Below, one piece after another: positions 37,266-43,911 of a DNA stretch of 64,000 nt. Position 1 is the stretch's first letter. The number at the start of each line of letters is the position of its first letter. This DNA comes from a virus, in IMG/VR virus record IMGVR_UViG_3300009124_000004; one strand, written 5' to 3'. A program made the position numbers and the translations under genes. A model generated the notes under the pieces. That model did not search any database. It was given only the letters and a program-made list of their open reading frames with translations, and was not told the DNA's origin.

Positions 37266-37324
37266 AATATACAACGGATTCTCCACCCTGTCAACCCCTG
37301 TGGGACACCTTACAAACCGTCCAC
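37266..37324 (-). promoter_or_regulatory. Early promoter cassette 12 (TTGACA-N17-TATATT + palindrome)
   Basis: -10 at 37266-37271; -35 at 37289-37294; TGGGACACC-ttacaa-ACCGTCCAC at 37301-37324. Confidence 0.85.
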
Positions 37325-37702
37325 AGTTCCCACATTTTTGATGTCCAGGTTGTAGTATTTCTTCCTATACTTCATCCATCCTACTGTACCTACATTAGTG
37401 TGCCCTCTATCATTATAGTTGGCACCTCTAATCTCTCCTTTATTGTTATAATTGGCTCCTCTGATAACATTGTAGTTATCTGGACGTTTCTGCCAATTAT
37501 TGCACTTTTCTTTCAATTTCTCAAGATCCTCAGAATTTACAATTGCTATGTAATTCTGATTATATCTCTGAGAAATTCTCTTATACACTCTTTCTGCCAA
37601 TTCTAATGAATAGTAAGGCATTACTACTTCCCTGTAGAATCCTTGCTTCTTTGGCACCCATACCATAATATCATTGTGTTGTAACTTTACGATATAATAC
37701 AC
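37310..37702 (-). CDS. Hypothetical basic protein (130 aa) with an internal duplication IRGANYN
   Basis: ORF track; AT-rich; preceded by the sigma70 promoter at 37750-37778. Confidence 0.55.
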   Translation of the reverse strand: MYYIVKLQHNDIMVWVPKKQGFYREVVMPYYSLELAERVYKRISQRYNQNYIAIVNSEDLEKLKEKCNNWQKRPDNYNVIRGANYNNKGEIRGANYNDRGHTNVGTVGWMKYRKKYYNLDIKNVGTVDGL

Positions 37703-37749
37703 TAGTGTCTTTAAGCTACTTATAGTATATCTATTTACCTGACACAGTT

Positions 37750-37778
37750 ATTCTAGCAGAAATGGGAGGTTTTGTCAA
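37750..37778 (-). promoter_or_regulatory. sigma70-type promoter TTGACA-N17-TAGAAT
   Basis: -35 at 37773-37778, -10 at 37750-37755; lacks a good copy of the 24-bp palindrome. Confidence 0.7.
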
Positions 37779-37815
37779 GTCCTGCAGGTTCTGTCAGGAT
37801 TCTCACAATTCTACA

Positions 37816-38040
37816 GTTTTCCACAGTTTTCTCAGTTTCTGTGGAAAACTCCCAGTTCTATCAGAAATGCTGATATATGCCAGTTCTTGCAGTGTCTGTG
37901 GAAACTTGACAGACGTGTGCAGACGTGCTAAGACCACAAGAACTCAGCACATTTCCACAACTTTTCCACACCCTTGTGGAAAACTAAAGTATATTTATTT
38001 TGATATTAAAACAATTCTCAGTTTCATCAAAATAATTAGT
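37816..38040. promoter_or_regulatory. Cluster of DnaA-box-like 9-mers plus AT-rich tract (oriC-like architecture)
   Basis: TTTTCCACA at 37817 (+), 37840 (-), 37962 (+), 37975 (-); one-mismatch copies at 37897 (-) and 37951 (+); followed by 57 nt (37984-38040) with only 10 G/C. Confidence 0.65.
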
Positions 38041-38220
38041 TCACTGTTTAACTTCTACCCAACATTTAGCAGGACCATCTACTTTATTGTTCCTTTCATA
38101 CAACCAATCAAACATATCTTGTAATTGCTCACACCTTCTCTCCGCATCATGTTGAGTATCAAACCATTCATCCATGTTTGCTACTCGTCCTGGTCTTTGG
38201 AATAGTACCACATACTTCAT
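38041..38220 (-). CDS. Hypothetical protein (59 aa)
   Basis: Below the track cutoff. Reads MKYVVLFQRPGRVANMDEWFDTQHDAERRCEQLQDMF...VKQ; ATGA-coupled to the HNH gene. Confidence 0.6.
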   Translation of the reverse strand: MKYVVLFQRPGRVANMDEWFDTQHDAERRCEQLQDMFDWLYERNNKVDGPAKCWVEVKQ

Positions 38221-38594
38221 TTGTACATACCTCTTTTATATTCTCTGAGAATTCTTTGAACCATTGATCTAGTCATTCCCAATGATTTTGCAATTGTTCC
38301 CATTCCACTCCCATCAATATGTTTACTTACAACTTCATCTGCTTGAGATGAAGTGTAAGATCTCTTCCTTCCAAACTTTACTCCAGATTCTTGTGCTTTA
38401 CGTCTTCCTTCTTTTGCTAATCTCCTCATTTCATTCCAGTATCCTGGTTTTATCTGATGAATCATAGAGTGGTGTTCAGTACACAATGTAAGGAAGTTAT
38501 GTTGATGATCAGTTCCACCCATAACAATAGGTTTGATATGATGATGCTCTAAATTCTTATTAGTGCCACATACCACACAAAATCTCAACTTCAT
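38217..38594 (-). CDS. HNH endonuclease domain fused to a resolvase/invertase-type arm and helix-turn-helix (125 aa)
   Basis: CVVCG...LEHHHIKP...GG...N..TLC..HH..IH, then AKEGRRKAQESGVKFGRKR...GTIAKSLGMTRSMVQRIL. Confidence 0.8.
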   Translation of the reverse strand: MKLRFCVVCGTNKNLEHHHIKPIVMGGTDHQHNFLTLCTEHHSMIHQIKPGYWNEMRRLAKEGRRKAQESGVKFGRKRSYTSSQADEVVSKHIDGSGMGTIAKSLGMTRSMVQRILREYKRGMYK

Positions 38595-38598
38595 AAAT

Positions 38599-38820
38599 TC
38601 ATCTCCAAAAGGTTTTCTTTAATACTGCATAGTTGTTTGCTATTTGGTAAATGTAAGTAATACCTTTAGTAGATGTTGCTACTATCTGATCACCTTGTAC
38701 AATTGCAGTTGCAATATTATTACCAAATGTTTGTATTACACCAGATCTTTGGGATGATCTTAATTGAATGAATCCATTGGATACTGTGGTGTAATATGCT
38801 GGTGGAACTTTGTTAGTCAT
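38599..38820 (-). CDS. Hypothetical protein (73 aa)
   Basis: Start MTNKVPP is ATGA-coupled to the upstream ORF. Confidence 0.6.
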   Translation of the reverse strand: MTNKVPPAYYTTVSNGFIQLRSSQRSGVIQTFGNNIATAIVQGDQIVATSTKGITYIYQIANNYAVLKKTFWR

Positions 38821-39113
38821 GGTAGGGGGACTTCGTAACACATACCTTCTAATACAAAGTATTTACACTCAGAGTGTAATTGGTATCTGTCTTGTAGATC
38901 AAAATCAATAACAGTTTGAATGAAATCTATTTGTTCTTTAACAGATAGATTACCTGATAGAAATTGTGGTAGGTAATCATCTAGTTCATCAAGATAAGAA
39001 TTGGACACGGTTGAGGAATTCTGGGAAAACAAGGACGCCATATTGCATATCTTTTGGCGTAACGACCACATAGAGTTGATTAGTAAAAGTGACTTTAGCA
39101 AGTTGTCCTTCAT
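38817..39113 (-). CDS. Hypothetical protein; true start uncertain (probably downstream, at MASLF or GTG VSNSY)
   Basis: C-terminal part YLDELDDYL...IDFIQ.VIDF.L...C.YFV.EGMCY looks coding; overlaps an alternative frame. Confidence 0.5.
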   Translation of the reverse strand: MKDNLLKSLLLINSMWSLRQKICNMASLFSQNSSTVSNSYLDELDDYLPQFLSGNLSVKEQIDFIQTVIDFDLQDRYQLHSECKYFVLEGMCYEVPLP

Positions 39114-39124
39114 GTAATACTACA

Positions 39125-39322
39125 TCACCCGTTTTCAGTTCCTGTAAACTCTTCGGGGTGTTCCATACGGGCAATCGCTTCGGTAATGGTCTTGAAGTAC
39201 ACTGCGTCTGTGCCTTTGTAGTCACAGTATTCGTATTGGAGTCGCTCATTGTGTAATAGATTACGAATGATCGTGGCGTGTTCGTTATTCAGTGAATACA
39301 TCGTTTCCTTCTGTGGGGTCAT
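39125..39322 (-). CDS. Hypothetical protein (58-65 aa)
   Basis: ORF track; plausible helical protein; start may be MYSLNN at 39301. Confidence 0.5.
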   Translation of the reverse strand: MTPQKETMYSLNNEHATIIRNLLHNERLQYEYCDYKGTDAVYFKTITEAIARMEHPEEFTGTENG

Positions 39323-39455
39323 CGTACTCGTATGAAGAAGTTGTATTTAGTTCTTCTTTGGGCAAGTAATCATCATAGTCGTCCCAGGGTACTTGAATAC
39401 TTTCCCAGAACTCTCCATCTGCTTCAAATGATTCGTTAGTGAGGTCTTCGTACAT
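39285..39455 (-). CDS. Extremely acidic small protein (56 aa)
   Basis: Not in the track. Reads MYEDLTNESFEADGEFWESIQVPWDDYDDYLPKEELNTTSSYEYDDPTEGNDVFTE; 19 D/E and 1 K. Confidence 0.55.
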   Translation of the reverse strand: MYEDLTNESFEADGEFWESIQVPWDDYDDYLPKEELNTTSSYEYDDPTEGNDVFTE

Positions 39456-39463
39456 AATCAGGG

Positions 39464-39616
39464 TTAGAGGGTGGTTGTAGGGTCTTCTGGAGGGGTCTGA
39501 GCGTTGATCTTGCGATAGTCATCATGTAGACGTTGAATCGCTTTTAAGGTATCAGGAGTTTCATCCCATTCCCATGTGTTTCCGTTCTTGTCAATGAATT
39601 GTCTTTTGGTAGTCAT
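39464..39616 (-). CDS. Conserved cyanophage small protein (50 aa)
   Basis: Not in the track. Reads MTTKRQFIDKNGNTWEWDETPDTLKAIQRLH...; overlaps the upstream stop. Confidence 0.65.
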   Translation of the reverse strand: MTTKRQFIDKNGNTWEWDETPDTLKAIQRLHDDYRKINAQTPPEDPTTTL

Positions 39617-39855
39617 AGTTTTCCTCCTACGGTGGCATCACCGACGATTCGTGAATTTTCTTCTAATGACCCATCTTGTTCACATTTAAGATACCAACGG
39701 GTCATGTGTACAATACTCTCTTCAGTTAATCCTGTCAAGAGTTCTCGTCCTTCCTTTGTCACACTAGAATACAATCCACTGCGACGCTTGTAGACACGAA
39801 ATGTATCATCATACCAATGACACTCTGCAATCTCAGGATGCTCTGCCAAATCCAT
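39613..39855 (-). CDS. Conserved cyanophage hypothetical protein (80 aa)
   Basis: Start moved to MDLAEHPEI; WYDDTFRV...GLYSS..KEG..L.T.LT...V..TRWYLK. Confidence 0.65.
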   Translation of the reverse strand: MDLAEHPEIAECHWYDDTFRVYKRRSGLYSSVTKEGRELLTGLTEESIVHMTRWYLKCEQDGSLEENSRIVGDATVGGKL

Positions 39856-40057
39856 TACCTCGCTTGAGTTGTTTGTTGACAATGTACATATCACGCAAGC
39901 GTGACTTGAGATGTCTCAGTTCATCATCATTATACAGATGATCTTTCTTCAATGCTGCTTTGATAGCATTGATCTCTGTTCGTGGAGACCAAATATTAGT
40001 TCCTGGTTGCATACCTGGTACTACTTCTCCATTTTCATCAACTTTCATGCTAATCAT
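39833..40057 (-). CDS. Conserved cyanophage hypothetical protein (74 aa)
   Basis: KAALKKDHLY.DDEL...K..LR...GNGFG. Confidence 0.65.
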   Translation of the reverse strand: MISMKVDENGEVVPGMQPGTNIWSPRTEINAIKAALKKDHLYNDDELRHLKSRLRDMYIVNKQLKRGNGFGRAS

Positions 40058-40293
40058 ACCTTGGTAATACTAAACATCTTGGTCGGACGGTTCTTTGATT
40101 CATGAATGCTGCGTCCAACATTCAATGCATGTTTCTTAGTAGAAGCAAAGCGAATCAGTTTCGTACCGTCTTGCTTATGAAGCACCAGTTTCCACTTGTG
40201 CTTACTATCGGGTTGTGAACGCAGTGTAGGTGCTGCTGGTTGCTTCATAGGAAGTGGAGCAAACACCATGTCTTGATCAAATGTCGTGTTCAT
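40054..40293 (-). CDS. Hypothetical basic protein (79 aa)
   Basis: Start moved to MNTTFDQD to remove the long overlap with the upstream ORF. Confidence 0.5.
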   Translation of the reverse strand: MNTTFDQDMVFAPLPMKQPAAPTLRSQPDSKHKWKLVLHKQDGTKLIRFASTKKHALNVGRSIHESKNRPTKMFSITKV

Positions 40294-40462
40294 AATGCCG
40301 TTGAATGCGGAGCAGATACTCATGACGAGTATGTAATTTATTATAGAGGCGAGAGACCGCAGTGGGTGGTCCTGTTTGTGCCTCTTCACGTCCTGTCATG
40401 TACTGCATTGACGAAATGAGTATGGACAGTTCTTGTGGTGTCAGTTCAAACGTAGAATTCAT
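40277..40462 (-). CDS. Hypothetical protein (61 aa)
   Basis: Start MNSTFELTPQEL; short overlap coupling. Confidence 0.55.
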   Translation of the reverse strand: MNSTFELTPQELSILISSMQYMTGREEAQTGPPTAVSRLYNKLHTRHEYLLRIQRHYEHDI

Positions 40463-40598
40463 CGATGTCAAACTCCTCAATAAAATAGTCCACAGTCACT
40501 TCTAGTTCAGCAGCACGTTTTTCTAGTTCTATTGCACACTTATGTGCTTCCTCTGCTGCTTTCTCGTCAAACAAATCATAAGTTGAATCAAAAAACAC
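40446..40598 (-). CDS. Hypothetical acidic protein (50 aa, GTG start)
   Basis: VFFDSTYDLF...IELEKRAAELEVTVDYFIEEF; the track's longer N-terminus is occupied by another ORF. Confidence 0.55.
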   Translation of the reverse strand: MFFDSTYDLFDEKAAEEAHKCAIELEKRAAELEVTVDYFIEEFDIDEFYV

Positions 40599-40764
40599 AG
40601 GATGCTTCCTCCTTTGAATGATATGGTCCGTACACATCATACCCACCATCGCTGAAAGATAGTTCAACATACCATCCTTCTTCATTGTGATCACACTCAA
40701 ATGTGGTCTTATAACCAAAATCATCAACGTAGTAGACGCTTCGATCGATTACTCGTGTGTACAT
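40588..40764 (-). CDS. Hypothetical protein (58 aa)
   Basis: Not in the track. Reads MYTRVIDRSVYYVDDFGYKTTFECDHNEEGWYVELSFSDGGYDVYGPYHSKEEASCVF; contains a GWY...GPY.S.EEA motif. Confidence 0.6.
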   Translation of the reverse strand: MYTRVIDRSVYYVDDFGYKTTFECDHNEEGWYVELSFSDGGYDVYGPYHSKEEASCVF

Positions 40765-40795
40765 GGTGGAAACTCCGTGAACGTGGTTGAACAGT

Positions 40796-40996
40796 TTAAA
40801 TCTTAGGTCTTTTTTGCTGGATTGTCAAGCGCACGTCAGATCCCCAATCGTTCATTTTGGTGATACCACCGAATGATAATTCAAGATCTGCATCCTGCCA
40901 CTTCAACTCTTTCACAAATTCATGGTGAATAGTGAACGTTAGGTTGTTACTACCGTCGTAACGGTAAGAGAAATACTCTTGAATATTTGGTTTCAT
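40796..40996 (-). CDS. Hypothetical protein (66 aa)
   Basis: ORF track; beta-rich AbrB-like look (LTFTIHHEFVKELKWQD.DLELSF). Confidence 0.55.
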   Translation of the reverse strand: MKPNIQEYFSYRYDGSNNLTFTIHHEFVKELKWQDADLELSFGGITKMNDWGSDVRLTIQQKRPKI

Positions 40997-41008
40997 AATA
41001 GTATGTAT

Positions 41009-41533
41009 TCAGTTTCCGCGTTTTAAATACTCTTTATTGACCTTTGACGCAATTTTGTTGCGTCCACCATTCCATACAGTATAGAATTCTAGGTCATCCT
41101 GCTTGGCAAGGTATTGGACAGCACGGAGTAATGACTCAAGATCATCACCCAGTGCTCCCATACCCGTGTTGCACTTCTTGCACAACCATCCCCTGAACTC
41201 TCCAGTGTCATGGTCATGGTCACATTGCCATCCCCATGTGCCATCTACACCATCAGGTACAGATGCTTTGTTCTTATACACTGGTTTATCACATATGGCA
41301 CAGTTATCTCCATATGCAGGGCGTGGATGCTGTTTCAGGATCGTCTTTTTAACATTAGCGAGTTCCTTGCTAATACGAGTGCTGCAAGTATCACAATATG
41401 TGTTAACACGTAGACGATAACCATCTTTTGTAAATCGATTGGCATACCAAGAAAATTCTACGTTGTCTTTACGAGTGTTACAGGCAGAGCATACACATGT
41501 GCCCTGTGGGATGTTGTCAAGATTCTTTGCCAT
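41009..41533 (-). CDS. Endonuclease VII-family (beta-beta-alpha-Me) nuclease, homing-endonuclease-like (174 aa)
   Basis: N-terminal CSAC...C..C zinc finger; CAIC...DHDHDTGEFRGWLCKKCNTGMGALGDD...L.RAVQYL. Confidence 0.88.
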   Translation of the reverse strand: MAKNLDNIPQGTCVCSACNTRKDNVEFSWYANRFTKDGYRLRVNTYCDTCSTRISKELANVKKTILKQHPRPAYGDNCAICDKPVYKNKASVPDGVDGTWGWQCDHDHDTGEFRGWLCKKCNTGMGALGDDLESLLRAVQYLAKQDDLEFYTVWNGGRNKIASKVNKEYLKRGN

Positions 41534-41904
41534 TAGTCGTCAGCAAGGTGGTCTGCACATGCAATTGTATCACATGGAGGGCACTCCTTCTGAGCATTCA
41601 GTGCCTCTTTGAGTGCATCTGTAACATTCTCTTTGAAAGAGCGATAGGGAATGAAGATGTCATCATCATCAGTTTTGTAGTCCTGGTGTGTCTCTTTGAA
41701 CTGACGATCTACATCATACAGCATGGATTGTACCATGTCATTGATCACTTCCAAGGTTTTTGGTGTAAGTGTGTGCCACTCATATCCAGGGAACATATCA
41801 TCCTTGACACGATTGAGCAGTGCTCTTCTACAATGCCATTGATTATCAAAGATTTGGGTAAATGCTTCCCAATCATGACCAGATTTAAAATGTGGGATAC
41901 TCAT
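41533..41904 (-). CDS. Conserved cyanophage hypothetical protein (123 aa)
   Basis: Start MSIPHFKS is ATGA-coupled; DWEAFTQIFD..WHC...FKETH.DYK. Confidence 0.7.
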   Translation of the reverse strand: MSIPHFKSGHDWEAFTQIFDNQWHCRRALLNRVKDDMFPGYEWHTLTPKTLEVINDMVQSMLYDVDRQFKETHQDYKTDDDDIFIPYRSFKENVTDALKEALNAQKECPPCDTIACADHLADD

Positions 41905-42131
41905 TTGTTCTTCTCGCAATAAAGGAAATACTTGTACTCTGCAACTTGGTGTGGTGCGTATCTTACTACATCACACTCTTTGTATTTGTCAACCACCTCA
42001 AAAGATGATTCATCGATTGGTTTATCGTTCATTGCTAGTCCAGCAATGATTAACATGCCAAAACCAACAATACCAAGAGTAACTGCTACACCATTACGAA
42101 ACTCTTTAAATCCTATTTCATGTTCAGTCAT
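41901..42131 (-). CDS. Small membrane-anchored protein (76 aa)
   Basis: Start MTEHEIGF; hydrophobic GVAVTLGIVGFGMLIIAGLAM; FEVVDKYKECDVVRY...YFL.C. Confidence 0.7.
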   Translation of the reverse strand: MTEHEIGFKEFRNGVAVTLGIVGFGMLIIAGLAMNDKPIDESSFEVVDKYKECDVVRYAPHQVAEYKYFLYCEKNK

Positions 42132-42276
42132 TGAAACTCTCCTGAAATACTTTCCATCCTTCATCAAGATGTTTTTCTGCCCATCCCCATTGTCCGTGCT
42201 CAAATCCATCAATCTGGGCACGTTCAATCTCATCTTGGATGAGACAACGGAGCATTTTAATTTGTTCGTCAGTCAT
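42124..42276 (-). CDS. Hypothetical protein (50 aa)
   Basis: Start MTDEQIKML...LIQDEI, with short overlaps at both ends. Confidence 0.55.
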   Translation of the reverse strand: MTDEQIKMLRCLIQDEIERAQIDGFEHGQWGWAEKHLDEGWKVFQESFND

Positions 42277-42514
42277 AAGTCGTAAAGAGAAATACTTTGA
42301 TTGTTTGTCCATCATCCTGAAGTGATACTTGAACATTAGAGCATTCGTATCTTACAAACTCTCTTCCTTCACTAGTAATCACTTCAACACGGGTGACATC
42401 AGGATAGTTCTTTAGGAAATCTCCATTTGGTTGTTGGATGTCTTCAGTCATAAGAAGTTCCTCTTCTGGTAGCATATCAAATGCATCAGAAATGTGTCCG
42501 TACTCTTCAGTCAT
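42269..42514 (-). CDS. Conserved hypothetical protein (81 aa)
   Basis: VTRVEVI...GREFVRY...VQVSLQDDGQTIKVF. Confidence 0.65.
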   Translation of the reverse strand: MTEEYGHISDAFDMLPEEELLMTEDIQQPNGDFLKNYPDVTRVEVITSEGREFVRYECSNVQVSLQDDGQTIKVFLFTTYD

Positions 42515-42734
42515 CTTTCACTACCTCATCCCATGCTTTCTTGAAGTTTCGATCCCAGTTGTCAGTATATACTGGCATGAAAGCATTCAGTGCATGTGCA
42601 ATATCATGGGCAGCATCCATACGATTATTATCCATTGCTTCAGTCAGTTCTTCTAACATAAAACTGATTGTGGTAATGTTGGAGAATGACTCTTCCAACT
42701 TATTCATTACATCCCAGTTCTTACTAATCATCAT
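42507..42734 (-). CDS. Conserved cyanophage helical protein (75 aa)
   Basis: WDVMNKLEESFS...AL..F..VY..NWD..F.KAW.EVV. Confidence 0.7.
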   Translation of the reverse strand: MMISKNWDVMNKLEESFSNITTISFMLEELTEAMDNNRMDAAHDIAHALNAFMPVYTDNWDRNFKKAWDEVVKDD

Positions 42735-43213
42735 GCTACTCCGTTTGCGCTATCAGCAAGTGCTTCCATGTCAGAATGTCCCCATGGTGGCATATGATCA
42801 CCTTTGATCTTTGGTTCACTACCAAAGTTCTTCTCATAATGAGCATTCATCTTAGCCCATTGAGCATCACGCTCTTTGAAATCCTGGTATTTCTTCTCCA
42901 GGTCTTCATCCATGGTCAGTTCATACTCTTTACAGACCTTACGCTGCTCTTCCTCAGTAACATAATCGTTGAAGACCAACGACATAGCACCTGATCTGAT
43001 AGATGAGGGGCACATGCCTACACATAGCATGAACTTCTCAAATAACTTGAAATACTGTTTGCAGTTGAGATCTGCTGCTGGTGCAGTGATCAGGAAATGC
43101 TCTTCAGGGAGGAAGTCATCATCACCAATGGTAGAACCAAACCCACCACTATAGGAGTGCGTGTAGGTAGCGTCAAACTTAAATTGTACTTCTGCTTCGT
43201 AAGTCATAACCAT
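42731..43213 (-). CDS. Conserved cyanophage hypothetical protein (160 aa)
   Basis: MTYEA.VQFKFDAT...LPEEH.LITAPA.DL...QYFKLFEKF.L.VGM. Confidence 0.7.
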   Translation of the reverse strand: MVMTYEAEVQFKFDATYTHSYSGGFGSTIGDDDFLPEEHFLITAPAADLNCKQYFKLFEKFMLCVGMCPSSIRSGAMSLVFNDYVTEEEQRKVCKEYELTMDEDLEKKYQDFKERDAQWAKMNAHYEKNFGSEPKIKGDHMPPWGHSDMEALADSANGVA

Positions 43214-43407
43214 GTCTCCATGAATTGTTGGATTGTGAAATGCTCATCTACTGAGGTCTCATTGATGAGATCCTCATCACTATAACACTCTAGCTTGAGT
43301 CGATACTCTTCTGGGGACAGATCTTGATCTGGATCGAAGTCATCATGGCATAGATGAGCATACTCTGCACACAATGCATCAATCAGTTGTTCTCTGGTGT
43401 AGGTCAT
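43204..43407 (-). CDS. Acidic hypothetical protein (67 aa)
   Basis: YTREQLIDAL..EY..LCHDDFDP...LI.ET..DE.F. Confidence 0.7.
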   Translation of the reverse strand: MTYTREQLIDALCAEYAHLCHDDFDPDQDLSPEEYRLKLECYSDEDLINETSVDEHFTIQQFMETWL

Positions 43408-43415
43408 AATTAACC

Positions 43416-43826
43416 TCAGCGAGCGTAGAGATAACCACCTGCCCAGTCAGCAGTGGCGTAGAGTTCCTCACGATTCTCATCGTTCAGGATATTGTAGCGA
43501 ATGCCCTTGGCAGGTGCCTTGACACTGGCGGGTTTGTACACATCACCAGTATTACGATCAACAAAAGCATGGATGCTGATGCTGCCACCACTGTCCTTCA
43601 TCATCACCTTGAGATACTTACGACCCGTGCGAATGAAGAACTCGATAGGAGCACCGTGGTTGGCGATCTCATCGATCTTGGACTGGTGGTAGTCCATGTT
43701 GATCTCATTGGCAATAGAACGCTTGTGAGCAGCGATCTGGGCGTCCTTGAAGTTCATGTACAGTGCATCGCACAGCATGACGGTGTAGTCAGCGACCTTC
43801 TCAGCAGTCAGGGTGGTGTTGGTCAT
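43416..43826 (-). CDS. Conserved phage early protein (136 aa; DUF7717-like)
   Basis: Start moved to MTNTTLTAE (after cassette 13); GRKYLKV...SIHAFVDRNTGDVYKPAS.KAPAKG.RYN...ADWAGGYLY. Confidence 0.8.
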   Translation of the reverse strand: MTNTTLTAEKVADYTVMLCDALYMNFKDAQIAAHKRSIANEINMDYHQSKIDEIANHGAPIEFFIRTGRKYLKVMMKDSGGSISIHAFVDRNTGDVYKPASVKAPAKGIRYNILNDENREELYATADWAGGYLYAR

Positions 43827-43852
43827 GGTGGTGTTCCCTTGATTACCTTCAT

Positions 43853-43911
43853 ATTGTAGGGCACACCTGGTCCTTGGCGAGCTGCTGTGTGGCGGTTTGT
43901 ACACTGTCACA
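43853..43911 (-). promoter_or_regulatory. Early promoter cassette 13 (-10 TACAAT + palindrome), head of the long early operon
   Basis: -10 at 43853-43858; TGTGGCGGT-ttgtac-ACTGTCACA at 43888-43911. Confidence 0.8.

Noticed and set aside
33360-37324. CRISPR-like or integron attC array formed by the repeated cassettes
   Set aside because: The repeats are degenerate promoter motifs separated by whole ORFs. There is no integrase, and the attC R'/R'' GTTRRRY/RYYYAAC ends are not present.
37762-38124. + strand 120-aa ORF in the track
   Set aside because: Antisense to the local operon, overlaps a coupled minus-strand gene, and its repeated FPH/CGKL peptides are simply translations of the TTTTCCACA/TGTGGAAAA boxes.
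33395-43911. Palindrome as a CRP or NtcA site
   Set aside because: CRP (TGTGA-N6-TCACA) and NtcA (GTA-N8-TAC) geometries do not fit; here the 9-bp half-sites flank the 6-nt spacer and the outer GTG/CAC are about 2 turns apart.
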